A stretch of 62,909 nt of DNA, the filler included, from Licmophora abbreviata (lineage: Eukaryota): NCBI GenBank assembly GCA_900291995.1. It is 15 parts of 15 records of this genome, joined end to end, with 100 filler letters (N's around TTAATTAATTAA, not from the genome) between each part and the next. Parts side by side here need not be neighbours in the genome. Positions count along the whole stretch, not along the records: positions 37,012 to 43,477 come from OLMU01003809.1; positions 43,578 to 45,103 come from OLMU01003810.1; positions 45,204 to 51,670 come from OLMU01003812.1; positions 51,771 to 54,864 come from OLMU01003813.1; 11 more parts are not named here. One strand, 5' to 3'. The notes below the pieces were generated by a model, which did no database searches, was not told the DNA's origin, and saw only the letters and a program-made list of their open reading frames with translations. The translations under genes and the position numbers were made by a program. Every line of letters starts with the position of its first letter. Within the stretch, counting starts at the first letter, position 1. Shown here piece by piece: positions 43,177 to 53,577 of the stretch.

Positions 43177-44147
43177 ATGACGGAGACACAGATGCTGGAC
43201 GCTGGACGCACAGAAGAGACGCTTCTCGAAGTCAACAATATCGAGGTGATCTACAACCACGTGATCCTTGTGCTGAAAGGCGTCAGCCTGTCGGTGCCCA
43301 AGGGCGGGATCACCGCGCTTCTGGGCGGCAATGGCGCGGGCAAGACCACCACGCTCAAGGCGATTTCCAATCTGCTCAAGTCCGAACGCGGTGAGGTCAC
43401 CAAGGGCAGCATCCGCTATCGCGGAGAGCGTGTGCAGGATCTTCTGCCCTCCGATCTGGTGAAGATGGGCGTGATCCNNNNNNNNNNNNNNNNNNNNNNN
43501 NNNNNNNNNNNNNNNNNNNNNTTAATTAATTAANNNNNNNNNNNNNNNNNNNNNNNNNNNNNNNNNNNNNNNNNNNNCCCTCCGATCTGGTGAAGATGGG
43601 CGTGATCCAGGTGATGGAAGGCCGCCATTGTTTCGAGCATCTGACGGTCGAGGAAAACCTGTTGACCGGCGCCTATACGCGCGGCTCGTCCAAGGGCGAG
43701 ATCGATGCCGATCTGAACATGGTCTACGAGTATTTTCCGCGCCTCAAGGAGCGCCGCAAGAGCCAGGCAGGCTATACGTCGGGCGGTGAGCAGCAGATGG
43801 TCGCCATCGGGCGTGCGCTGATGTCCCGGCCCGAGACGATCCTTTTGGACGAGCCGAGCATGGGGCTTGCCCCGCAGCTGGTGGAGCAGATTTTCAACAT
43901 CGTCAAAACGCTCAACGAGGAAGAGGGTTATACCTTCCTGCTGGCCGAGCAGAATACCAATGTCGCGCTGCGCTTTGCGCATTACGGCTACATTCTGGAA
44001 TCCGGTCGCGTGGTGATGGACGGCCCTGCCGCCGATCTGCGCGAGAACCCGGACGTCAAGGAATTCTATCTGGGCATGTCCGACGAAGGGCGCAAAAGCT
44101 TTCGCGATGTGCGCAGCTATCGCCGCCGCAAGCGGTGGCTCAGCTGA
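43177..44147 (+). CDS. HAAT ABC ATP-binding protein (LivF-like), spans gap 43478-43577
   Basis: GGNGAGKT, SGGEQQM, LLDEPSMGLAP. Confidence 0.92.
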
Positions 44148-44206
44148 GGGAGACCACGACCATGCACGGCACGTCAGCGCCCACGCGGCAATCAGGGGAA
44201 CATGGG

Positions 44207-45103
44207 ATGTCCGAGTATTTCGACGATCTGGAAGCGCGCAGCGCGGATGCGCGGCAAGCGGCTATTGCCCGCGCCCTGCCCGAACAGATCGCGCGTGCGC
44301 AGGCCCTGGCGGGCTATGATGGCGCATTGAGCGGTGTCGAGGCTCAGACGATCCGCAGCGTTGCCGACCTCGCGCGGCTGCCGGTTCTGCGCAAGTCCGA
44401 TCTGGGACGCGCACAGGCCGCCGCCGCGCCGTTCGGCGGATTGACGTCCCGCAACGCCAACCAATTCGCCCATATCTTCCAGAGCCCTGGCCCGATCTAT
44501 GAGCCGGGTGGCGACAGCCGTGACTGGTGGCGCATGGGACGATTTCTTCATGCCTGCGGCGTGGGCAAAGGCGATATTGTGCAGAATTGTTTCGGCTATC
44601 ACCTGACCCCGGCCGGGATGATATTCGAGAATGGCGCGCGCGCGGTCGGCGCTGCGGTGCTGCCTGCCGGGACGGGACAGACCGAGTTGCAGGCCCGCGC
44701 GGCCCATGACATCGGCGTCACCGCCTATGCCGGCACGCCGGATTATCTGAAGGTGATACTCGACAAGGCAGCCGAGATGGGGCTGGATCTGAAGATCGCC
44801 AAGGCCGCCGTGGGCGGAGGCGCGCTGTTTCCGTCGCTGCGACAGGAATATGTGGATCGCGGCATTGCCTGTCTGCAGTGCTATGCCACCGCCGATCTTG
44901 GCAATATCGCCTACGAGTCACCCGCTCAGGAGGGCTTGATCGTGGATGAGGGCGTTTTGGTCGAGATCGTGACGCCCGGCACCGGCGATCCGGTGCGGCC
45001 CGGCGATGTGGGCGAGGTGGTGGTGACCACGCTCAATCCCGACTATCCGCTGATCCGCTTTGCCACCGGTGATCTGAGTGCGGTGATGGAGGGCGAAAGC
45101 CCC
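44207..45103 (+). CDS. Phenylacetate-CoA ligase-like AMP-binding protein, partial
   Basis: FQSPGPIYEP, YATADLG, YPLIRFATGD. Confidence 0.85.
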
Positions 45104-45203
45104 NNNNNNNNNNNNNNNNNNNNNNNNNNNNNNNNNNNNNNNNNNNNTTAATTAATTAANNNNNNNNNNNNNNNNNNNNNNNNNNNNNNNNNNNNNNNNN
45201 NNN

Positions 45204-45619
45204 TGGGCCGCGGCGCGCAGCAGGCCCCAATCGGCGCAGGGGGCAAAGCACAGTTCGCGCATGAGGGACGAGGATGGGGTGCTGATCGAACTGGCAGTCA
45301 TCGCGAGGATCACGTCGCGCAGTCCGACATGGGGTTGCATTCCTCCGCAGGAGCCGATGCGCATGAGCGTTGTGACCCCGAAATCTCGCAAAAGCTCATT
45401 GGCATAGATCGACAGGCTGGGCATGCCCATGCCGCTGCCGTGGATCGTGACCGGGTGCCCGCGCCATGTGCCGGTATAGCCCAGCATTCCGCGCACTGCG
45501 TTGATCTGTCGGGGGCTCTCGAGAAAGCTCTGCGCGGCCCATTGCGCCCGCATGGGATCGCCGGGCATCAGCACGGTTTTGGCGATGTCGCCCGGTTCGG
45601 CGCCGATATGGATCGTCAT
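45204..45619 (-). CDS. deoD: Purine-nucleoside phosphorylase, partial
   Basis: [33 protein letters not shown]. Confidence 0.92.
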
Positions 45620-45624
45620 CGGGG

Positions 45625-46065
45625 TTACCTTTGGTACTTGATGAAGGGGGTGAGTTTGCCGATCCGGTCATAGAGATGACGGGCCTCGGTGTTGAAATCC
45701 TGCGTCAGCCAGTAGACAACGGGGGTGCCGTTGGCGTCAGCCGCGGCATAGACCGCTTCGATCAGGGCGCGCCCGGCGCCGTGGCCCCGTATCGAGGGAT
45801 CGGTATAGAGGTCCTGAAGGTAGCACACATCCTCGATCCGCCAGTTATGCGGGTGGTAGATGTAATGCACGAGACCGACCGCGCGCTCATCGTGAACCGC
45901 CAGCAGGGCGTTCTGGGCCGGGCGGTCGGGGTCGAGCAGGCGTGTGAAGGTCGTGTCATAAACCGCGTCGGGCAGGGTCGTTTCGTAGAAGTCGAGATAG
46001 GCTCCCCAAAGTCTTTGCCAGTCGGATTTATCGTCGGGGCGGAGAGGGCGGATCGTGATGGTCAT
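45625..46065 (-). CDS. GNAT family N-acetyltransferase
   Basis: YLQDLY...[11 protein letters not shown] acetyl-CoA motif. Confidence 0.9.
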   Translation of the reverse strand: MTITIRPLRPDDKSDWQRLWGAYLDFYETTLPDAVYDTTFTRLLDPDRPAQNALLAVHDERAVGLVHYIYHPHNWRIEDVCYLQDLYTDPSIRGHGAGRALIEAVYAAADANGTPVVYWLTQDFNTEARHLYDRIGKLTPFIKYQR

Positions 46066-46243
46066 GCGATATATCCTTCGAACTTTGCCCCAGTCTGACC
46101 CGAAACCGATGCAAAGTGCCAGAGGCGAGTTGCCGAGGCCTGCCGGCATTTTTCCGCTGAGGCGTTTGCCCCGGCCGGTGTGATGGCCCATGTGAACGAA
46201 AGCCCCGGACGAGGGAGCCGGGTATCACGGACGCAAATGGAGT

Positions 46244-46627
46244 TTGGATTTGACCTTCAGAAACAAGATCGCCCCCATCATGCTTGCTGTTGCGACGGCT
46301 CTGGCCAGCCCTTTGGCGGCGCAGGACAATGAGGCGGCGGACATCACCGCAGAGACGTTGAACGACGCAAAGCTCGATGCTTTCGTCGAAGCACTGATCG
46401 CGATCGAGGCGGTGCGGGCGGATTATCTGCCGAAGATCCAGGAACAGGCCGATGAGGCCGGGCAGAAGGCACTGATCGAGGAAGCCAATACCGCCGCGAT
46501 CGAGGCGGTGGCCGATGTCGAGAACATGTCGCCCGAGGATTACGTGGCCATCGGACAGGCGGCGCGGCAGGATGAAGACCTGAACGCGCGTATCATGGCC
46601 CGTCTCGAGGCCGTGCGCACCGAATAG
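46244..46627 (+). CDS. DUF4168-like secreted helical protein
   Basis: Signal peptide, DAKLDAFVEA...MSPEDY..I. Confidence 0.7.
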   Translation: MDLTFRNKIAPIMLAVATALASPLAAQDNEAADITAETLNDAKLDAFVEALIAIEAVRADYLPKIQEQADEAGQKALIEEANTAAIEAVADVENMSPEDYVAIGQAARQDEDLNARIMARLEAVRTE

Positions 46628-46662
46628 GCACAGCACGACGCCATGGCGTCTTGAATGACATG

Positions 46663-46696
46663 AAAACGGGCCCGGCGGTGACGCACGGGCCCGTTT
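46663..46696. terminator. Bidirectional terminator
   Basis: AAAACGGGCCCG...CGGGCCCGTTT between convergent genes. Confidence 0.75.
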
Positions 46697-46719
46697 CTTG
46701 GATCGGGTGAGTGCGATCC

Positions 46720-48693
46720 CTATTCGGCCGCGACGGCCTGCGGATCGGCCAGTGCCACGATGTCCATCATGATCGCATTCAGCTCGAAGTCCTTGGGGGT
46801 ATAGACGCGCGCGACACCCATCGCCCTGAGCCGCCTTGCGTCTTCTTCGGGGATGATGCCGCCGACGATCACGGGCACATGACCAAGGCCTGCGTCCTGC
46901 ATGCGTGCCATCAGATCCTCGACCAGCGGGATATGCGAGCCCGACAGGATCGACAGGCCCACCACATGGGCCTCATCCTCGAGTGCCGAGCGCACGATTT
47001 CCTCGGGCGTGAGGCGGATGCCGTCATAACTGATGTCCATGCCGCAGTCACGGGCGCGGAAGACGATCTGTTCGGCGCCGTTGGAATGCCCGTCAAGGCC
47101 GGGCTTGCCCACAAGGAATTTCAGGCGGCGGCCCAGCTTGTCGGAGACGGCGTTGACCGCATCACGGATGTCATCCAAACCTTCGGTCTTGTTCGAGGGG
47201 CTGCCCGAGACACCGGTGGGGCCGCGATATTCGCCGTGCACGGCGCGCATCTGCGCGGCCCATTCTCCGGTGGTGACCCCGGCGCGGGCCGCGTCGATCG
47301 AGGCGGGCATGATGTTGCGCCCTTCCTGAGCGGCGGCGCGCAGATTGGCCAAGGCTGCCTTAACGGCGGCGGCGTCGCGCTCGGCGCGCCATGCATTGAG
47401 GCGGTCCACCTGATCGGCCTCGACCGCCGCGTCGACCACCATGATGCCGCCATCCTCGCCCATCAGGGGGCTGGGTTCGCCCTCGGTCCATTTGTTGACG
47501 CCGACAACGATGGTCTCGTTACGCTCGATCCGGTTGAGGCGGTCGGCGTTGCTGTCGACAAGGCGGGATTTCATGTATTCGATCGCCGACACGGCGCCGC
47601 CCATGCTGTCGATATTGGCCAGCTCGTGGCGCGCGCCTTCCTTGAGCACCTCGACCTTGGCATCGACCGCCGGGTTGCCGTCGAACAGGTCGTCGAATTC
47701 CAGAAGATCGGTCTCGTAGGCGAGAATCTGTTGCATCCGCATCGACCATTGCTGATCCCAGGGGCGCGGCAGGCCAAGCGCCTCGTTCCAGGCGGGCAGC
47801 TGCACGGCGCGGGCGCGGGCCTTTTTCGACAGGGTCACGGCCAGCATCTCGATCAGGATGCGGTAGACGTTGTTTTCCGGTTGCTGTTCGGTCAGGCCAA
47901 GCGAATTGACCTGCACGCCATAGCGGAAGCGGCGATACTTGGCATCCTCGACACCATAGCGGTCACGGCAGATTTCGTCCCAAAGATCGACGAAGGCGCG
48001 CATCTTGCACATCTCGGTGACAAAGCGGATGCCGGCGTTCACGAAAAAGCTGATCCGTCCCACCAGCATCGGGAAATCTTCGGGGGGGACGCGCGGCTTG
48101 AGTTCGTCCAGAACCGCGGTGGCGGTGGCCAGCGCGAAGGCCAGTTCCTGCTCGGGCGTGGCGCCGGCCTCTTGCAGGTGATAGGAACACACGTTCATCG
48201 GGTTCCATTTGGGGATGTTCGTGTAGCAGTATTCGGCCACGTCCCCGATCAGCTTGAGTGACGGTTTGGGGGGGCAGATATAAGTCCCACGGCTGAGATA
48301 TTCCTTGATCAGGTCATTCTGCACGGTGCCCTGCAACTGGGTGACATCGGCGCCCTGTTCCTCGGCCACGGCAACGTAAAGCGCCAAAAGCCAGGGGGCC
48401 GTGGCGTTGATCGTCATCGAGGTGTTCATCTGATCGAGGGGGATCTGGTCGAACAGAGCGCGCATGTCTCCCAGATGGCAGACCGGCACGCCGACCTTGC
48501 CCACTTCACCGCGCGCCAGCACGTGATCGCTGTCATAGCCTGTCTGGGTGGGCAGGTCGAAAGCGACCGAAAGGCCCGTCTGTCCGCGTGCAAGATTCGA
48601 GCGGTACAGCGCGTTCGATGCCTTGGCCGTGGAGTGGCCGGCATAGGTGCGGATCAGCCAAGGACGATCGCGGGTCGTGTCGGTCTGGGACAT
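46720..48693 (-). CDS. ecm: Ethylmalonyl-CoA mutase (MeaA), B12-dependent
   Basis: RTYAGHS, AFDLPTQTGYD, LDGHSNG cobalamin-binding motif; near ccr. Confidence 0.93.
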   Translation of the reverse strand: MSQTDTTRDRPWLIRTYAGHSTAKASNALYRSNLARGQTGLSVAFDLPTQTGYDSDHVLARGEVGKVGVPVCHLGDMRALFDQIPLDQMNTSMTINATAPWLLALYVAVAEEQGADVTQLQGTVQNDLIKEYLSRGTYICPPKPSLKLIGDVAEYCYTNIPKWNPMNVCSYHLQEAGATPEQELAFALATATAVLDELKPRVPPEDFPMLVGRISFFVNAGIRFVTEMCKMRAFVDLWDEICRDRYGVEDAKYRRFRYGVQVNSLGLTEQQPENNVYRILIEMLAVTLSKKARARAVQLPAWNEALGLPRPWDQQWSMRMQQILAYETDLLEFDDLFDGNPAVDAKVEVLKEGARHELANIDSMGGAVSAIEYMKSRLVDSNADRLNRIERNETIVVGVNKWTEGEPSPLMGEDGGIMVVDAAVEADQVDRLNAWRAERDAAAVKAALANLRAAAQEGRNIMPASIDAARAGVTTGEWAAQMRAVHGEYRGPTGVSGSPSNKTEGLDDIRDAVNAVSDKLGRRLKFLVGKPGLDGHSNGAEQIVFRARDCGMDISYDGIRLTPEEIVRSALEDEAHVVGLSILSGSHIPLVEDLMARMQDAGLGHVPVIVGGIIPEEDARRLRAMGVARVYTPKDFELNAIMMDIVALADPQAVAAE

Positions 48694-48839
48694 GAGCGGG
48701 CCTCGTGTGTCAAAGTGCGCAATTTTCTTACGTTCAGGAATATGTATCTGGAATAATATGGCGCTGTCAATTCGCTGCGATGCGGCATGGGGGCATTTAC
48801 CACGCGATGAAACCCTGTATTGCTTGGCGTATGGGCAAG

Positions 48840-50198
48840 ATGATCGAAATGCCGTTATGGGTGCTGATGCTTCTGGTCGCCTTCGCGGCGGTGACCTTTG
48901 CGTCGCATTTCTTGTTCCCATCGGTACGCTGGTTTTTCAGGCGCAGGATGGAGCGCGCGGTCGCAAGGCTGAACGCGCGTCTGGAGCGTCCGATCGAGCC
49001 GTTCAAGCTGGCGCGGCGCTATGACATGATCCAGCGGCTGATCTATGATCCGGATGTCAGTCGGGCGATTGCAGATCATGCAAAGTCCGAAGGGGTCCCC
49101 GAAAACGTCGCCTTCGAGAAGGCCAAGCGATACGCCCGCGAAATCGTGCCGGGATTTTCCGCCGTCGCATATTTCAGTGTGGCGATTCGGGTGGCGAAAT
49201 GGCTGTCCAAGGCGCTCTACCGGGTGCGGCTGTGCCATTTCGACGACGCCACGCTGGCCAAAGTGGACCGGGGCGCGACGGTGGTGTTCGTGATGAACCA
49301 TCGCTCGAACATGGATTACATGCTGGTCACGTGGCTGGCCGCCGAACGCTCGGCCTTGTCCTATGCGGTAGGGGAATGGGCGCGCGTCTGGCCATTGTCC
49401 CGGCTCATCAAGGCGATGGGGGCGTATTTCATCCGACGTAAATCGCGCAACGAGCTGTATCGGCGGGTGCTGGCGCGCTATGTGCAGATGGCCACCGATG
49501 GCGGGGTGACGCAGGCGGTATTCCCCGAAGGCGGGCTGAGCCTTGATGGCGGGCTGGCGCTGCCCAAGCTGGGTCTTCTCAAATACATCGTCGAAGGCCG
49601 GGACGCCACGACGCGGGATGTGGTCTTTGTTCCGGTTGCGTTGAATTACGATCGCGTCTTCGAGGACCGCATTCTTGTTGCCGCCGATCAGAAGGGCGAG
49701 CGCCGCTTTCGGGCGCGGATCAGCGTGGTGGCGCGGTTTATCCTTCATCAACTCTGGCTGTGGGTGCGCGGGCGCTATCATCGGCACGGCTATGCGGCGG
49801 TGAGTTTCGGCGCGCCCCTGTCGCTGACCGAGTTCCGGGCCGAGCGCCCCGATGCAGAGGTCGAAGAGCTTGGCGAATTGCTGATGGAAAGGATCGGCCA
49901 GGAGATTCCTGTGTTGCCGGTCCCGCTTGTGGCGCATGCCCTGCTGGAGAATGGCGCGATGACACGGACCGCGTTGGAGCAGGCTTTGGGCGAGATGGTC
50001 GCGCATGTGCCACAAGCAGAGATGCATCTGCCCTGCATGGACATGGCCTATTGTGTCGAGGCCGGTCTGCGCATGCTGGTTGGGCGCGGCATCGTCTCGG
50101 ACCGGGATGGCCGGTATTCCATCATCGAGGAGCAAAGGCCGATCCTTGCCTTTTATGCGAAGTCCATCGCGCATCTTTTTCGCGGGTGCAGCACGTAA
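48840..50198 (+). CDS. Glycerolipid acyltransferase (PlsB/PlsC-like)
   Basis: NHRSNMD (HX4D), GAYFIRR, FPEGG. Confidence 0.85.
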   Translation: MIEMPLWVLMLLVAFAAVTFASHFLFPSVRWFFRRRMERAVARLNARLERPIEPFKLARRYDMIQRLIYDPDVSRAIADHAKSEGVPENVAFEKAKRYAREIVPGFSAVAYFSVAIRVAKWLSKALYRVRLCHFDDATLAKVDRGATVVFVMNHRSNMDYMLVTWLAAERSALSYAVGEWARVWPLSRLIKAMGAYFIRRKSRNELYRRVLARYVQMATDGGVTQAVFPEGGLSLDGGLALPKLGLLKYIVEGRDATTRDVVFVPVALNYDRVFEDRILVAADQKGERRFRARISVVARFILHQLWLWVRGRYHRHGYAAVSFGAPLSLTEFRAERPDAEVEELGELLMERIGQEIPVLPVPLVAHALLENGAMTRTALEQALGEMVAHVPQAEMHLPCMDMAYCVEAGLRMLVGRGIVSDRDGRYSIIEEQRPILAFYAKSIAHLFRGCST

Positions 50199-50341
50199 CC
50201 TGGATATTGCTGCAGCTGCAGGGTCATAAAATTACAAAAAATGACACCATAGGATTGCATTATTGCGTGTTGGGTTATATCCAGCTTCGAACGCTGTGAT
50301 TCTGCATTGCGGCAAGACTGGACACCACAAGGAGGCTGAAC

Positions 50342-51628
50342 ATGGCTTTGGATACCGATATAGGCATCGCTCCCTATGACGCGCCCGAAAAAGATCTTTA
50401 CGAGATCGGTGAAATGCCTCCGCTGGGCCATGTGCCCAAGCAGATGTATGCATGGGCGATCCGCCGCGACCGGCATGGCGAACCCGACACGTCTTTCAAG
50501 GTCGAGGTGGTCGACACATGGGAGATCGACAGCAACGAGGTGCTGGTTCTCGTGATGGCGGCGGGCGTCAACTATAATGGCGTTTGGGCCGGTCTTGGTG
50601 AACCGATCAGCCCCTTCGATGGCCATGGGGAGCCTTACCATATCGCCGGTTCGGATGCCGCGGGCATCGTGTGGAAGGTCGGCTCGGCGGTGAAAACCTG
50701 GAAAGTCGGCGACGAAGTGGTGATCCACTGCAATCAGGACGACGGCAACGACGAGGATTGCAACGGCGGCGACCCGATGATGTCCCCCACGCAGCGCATC
50801 TGGGGCTATGAGACCCCGGACGGAGCGTTTTCCCAGTTCACCCGCGTGCAGGCCCAACAGCTCATGCCGCGGCCCAAGCACCTGACATGGGAGGAATCGG
50901 CCTGCTATACGCTGACGCTGGCCACCGCCTATAGGATGCTGTTCGGACATGCGCCGCATGAGTTGAAGCCGGGTCAGAACGTGCTTGTCTGGGGCGCCTC
51001 GGGTGGGCTTGGGTCTTATGCGATTCAGCTGGCCAATACCGTGGGTGCCAACGCGATCGGCGTCATCAGCGACGAATCCAAGCGTCAGTTCGTGATGGAT
51101 CAGGGCGCGCGCGGCGTCATCAACCGCAAAGAATTCAACTGCTGGGGCCAGCTTCCCAAGGTGGGGACAGCGGAATACAACGACTGGCTGAAGGAAGCCC
51201 GCAAATTCGGCAAGGCGATCTGGGACATCACCGGCAAGGGGGTCAATGTCGACATGGTGTTCGAACATCCCGGCGAGGCGACGTTCCCGGTATCGACGCT
51301 GGTCTGCAAGAAGGGCGGCATGATCGTGATCTGCGCAGGCACCAGCGGCTTCAACTGCACCTTCGACGTGCGCTACATGTGGATGCACCAAAAGCGCCTG
51401 CAAGGCTCGCATTTCGCGCATCTCAAGCAGGCCGCATCGGCCAACCGCCTGATGATCGAGCGGCGTCTCGATCCCTGCATGTCCGAAGTGTTCCCGTGGG
51501 ATCAGATCCCTGCAGCGCATATGCAGATGCTGCGCAACGAACACAAGCCCGGCAATATGTCCGTTCTGGTTCAGGCGCCCAAGCCGGGCCTGCGCACGTT
51601 CGAGGACGTGCTGGAAGCCGGCAAGTAA
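50342..51628 (+). CDS. ccr: Crotonyl-CoA carboxylase/reductase
   Basis: AAGVNYNGVW, IWGYET, WGASGGLG, WMHQKRLQGSH. Confidence 0.95.
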   Translation: MALDTDIGIAPYDAPEKDLYEIGEMPPLGHVPKQMYAWAIRRDRHGEPDTSFKVEVVDTWEIDSNEVLVLVMAAGVNYNGVWAGLGEPISPFDGHGEPYHIAGSDAAGIVWKVGSAVKTWKVGDEVVIHCNQDDGNDEDCNGGDPMMSPTQRIWGYETPDGAFSQFTRVQAQQLMPRPKHLTWEESACYTLTLATAYRMLFGHAPHELKPGQNVLVWGASGGLGSYAIQLANTVGANAIGVISDESKRQFVMDQGARGVINRKEFNCWGQLPKVGTAEYNDWLKEARKFGKAIWDITGKGVNVDMVFEHPGEATFPVSTLVCKKGGMIVICAGTSGFNCTFDVRYMWMHQKRLQGSHFAHLKQAASANRLMIERRLDPCMSEVFPWDQIPAAHMQMLRNEHKPGNMSVLVQAPKPGLRTFEDVLEAGK

Positions 51629-51894
51629 CACCTTCAGGTTTCTCCGGAGGAGGAGAGGCGCCCGCGAATCNNNNNNNNNNNNNNNNNNNNNNNNNNNNNN
51701 NNNNNNNNNNNNNNTTAATTAATTAANNNNNNNNNNNNNNNNNNNNNNNNNNNNNNNNNNNNNNNNNNNNCTTTTTCGGGAGGGCTCGACAGCCCTTTGC
51801 AATGGTTTCAGAGGCTTGGTTTTCCGCGCCTCACCATTTCTGGGGGGGTGAAATAAGCGAATTATTAATAAATTTCCCTCATGCTATGGTTGTA

Positions 51895-51910
51895 TTAATC
51901 TTTCGTTAAC
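51895..51910 (+). promoter_or_regulatory. CtrA-binding box
   Basis: TTAA-TCTTTCG-TTAAC (TTAA-N7-TTAAC) in an AT-rich promoter. Confidence 0.7.
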
Positions 51911-51930
51911 GTCCTGATCGGAGCCTGAAG

Positions 51931-52140
51931 ATGCAAAACGAATGGATACTCGACGTGCTAGTGGATCTTCAGGCGTTTGCCCGGCAGAACGGTCTCTTCG
52001 CCTTGGCCGACCAGCTGGACGACACGCGCCTTCTGGCGGCGCTGGAGCTGGCACGGGATAGCGAAGGAACGCAAGCGGATGATCGCAGGCCCCGCGTACC
52101 GGCTGGACAGCTTTCTGGAGGCGTTGGAAGACGCATCTGA
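51931..52140 (+). CDS. Small hypothetical protein overlapping the luxR start
   Basis: GGAG RBS; WILDVL.DL..FA..NGL..LA.QL amphipathic helical pattern. Confidence 0.7.
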   Translation: MQNEWILDVLVDLQAFARQNGLFALADQLDDTRLLAALELARDSEGTQADDRRPRVPAGQLSGGVGRRI

Positions 52141-52807
52141 CATCGACCACCTTCAAAGGCTGATCGAGCGGCTCAGGGATGAGATCGGGGTCGATCATGT
52201 CGTCTACCACTGGGTCAGTTCCGGCGGCGAGCAATATGGCTGTGGCACATATCCCGCCGAATGGGTGCAGCTCTACGTGGCCAAGGATTACCTGCGCATC
52301 GATCCGGTGGTTCAGGGCTGCTATCAGACGTTTCATCCTGTCGATTGGAAGCGCCTCGACTGGTCGAGCCGCGCCGCACGCGCCTTTCTCTCCGATGCGG
52401 TGGCACATGGCATCGGCAATCAAGGATATTCCGTGCCGCTGCGCGGTCCGAATGGGCAATTCGCCCTGTTCAGTGTCAGCCATCACTGCACCGACGAAGC
52501 CTGGGCGATGTTCACCGACACCCATCGCCGGACGCTGATCCTTGTCGCGCATTACTTCAACCACAAGGCGCTTTTGCTGGAACCGGGTCGTTGCCCGCTC
52601 ACCGCGCAACCCCTGTCTCCGCGGGAGGTGGATGTAATCACCCTTCTGGCCATGGGCTATAGCCGGGCGCAGGTGGCCGAGACGCTGATGATCTCGGAAC
52701 ATACCTTGCGCACCTACGTCGAGTCGGCGCGGCTCAAGCTTGGGGCGATCAACACGCTGCATGCGGTGTCCCGGGCGATCACCCGTGGTCTGATCGTCAT
52801 CACCTGA
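52079..52807 (+). CDS. luxR: LuxR-family AHL-responsive regulator
   Basis: W...Y...DP...W...G autoinducer-binding residues, C-terminal LSPRE HTH. Confidence 0.92.
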   Translation: MIAGPAYRLDSFLEALEDASDIDHLQRLIERLRDEIGVDHVVYHWVSSGGEQYGCGTYPAEWVQLYVAKDYLRIDPVVQGCYQTFHPVDWKRLDWSSRAARAFLSDAVAHGIGNQGYSVPLRGPNGQFALFSVSHHCTDEAWAMFTDTHRRTLILVAHYFNHKALLLEPGRCPLTAQPLSPREVDVITLLAMGYSRAQVAETLMISEHTLRTYVESARLKLGAINTLHAVSRAITRGLIVIT

Positions 52808-52886
52808 GGCGCAACGCGCGGCAGCGAACGGTTTCATTAAGGATTACCTTCGAAACATGCGGGCCTTCTTGCCAAAAGGCCGCGCC

Positions 52887-53525
52887 ATGCTCCGCTATCT
52901 TCCTGCCCGTGATCTGCACCTGTTTCCGCGCCTGCGTGACAGTATGTTCCGCGACCGTGCCGATCAGTTCTCGGCCCGGCTGGGCTGGCCCGTTACGGTG
53001 GATGCGCAGGGCTTCGAGACAGACGCCTACGACGCGTTGAACCCGCTCTACGTGATCTGGCAGGGGTCCGACGGGTTGCATCGCGGCTCAATGCGGTTCC
53101 TGCCGACGACCGGGCCGACGATGATTGCGGATCATTTCGCGCATCTCTTGCAGGGGCATGTTCTGGCCAGCCGAAAGATTTGGGAATGCACGCGGTTCTG
53201 CCTTGGTGCGAAGGCGGGCGCACGGGTGGCTGCGGGGCTGATGCTTGGCGGTGGCGAGGTGATGCGCGGCTACGGGATCAGCCAGTTCGCCGGCGTGTTC
53301 GATGCGCGCATGGTGCGCATCTACCGGCAGATCGGCGCCAGCCCGCAAGAGCTGGGCAGCGCGGGAACCGGGCGCGACAGGATCGCGGTCGGGCTGTGGG
53401 CGTTCAGCGATGTGGCGCGGGCGCGTGTGGCGCATCGGGCGGGCATCGCGCCAGCCGTATCGGATCTGTGGTTCCGCCGGAGCCTTGGGACCAGATCGAC
53501 CAAAGGCCTCGCCCCGGACGCATGA
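52887..53525 (+). CDS. luxI: Acyl-homoserine lactone synthase
   Basis: R..QF..RLGW, E.D.YD, MRFLPT, WECTRFC. Confidence 0.92.
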   Translation: MLRYLPARDLHLFPRLRDSMFRDRADQFSARLGWPVTVDAQGFETDAYDALNPLYVIWQGSDGLHRGSMRFLPTTGPTMIADHFAHLLQGHVLASRKIWECTRFCLGAKAGARVAAGLMLGGGEVMRGYGISQFAGVFDARMVRIYRQIGASPQELGSAGTGRDRIAVGLWAFSDVARARVAHRAGIAPAVSDLWFRRSLGTRSTKGLAPDA

Positions 53526-53577
53526 CGGGGCGTTCTGCCTCTGGCACAGGCGGGCGCGTGCGGCTAGGGTCGCGCGC

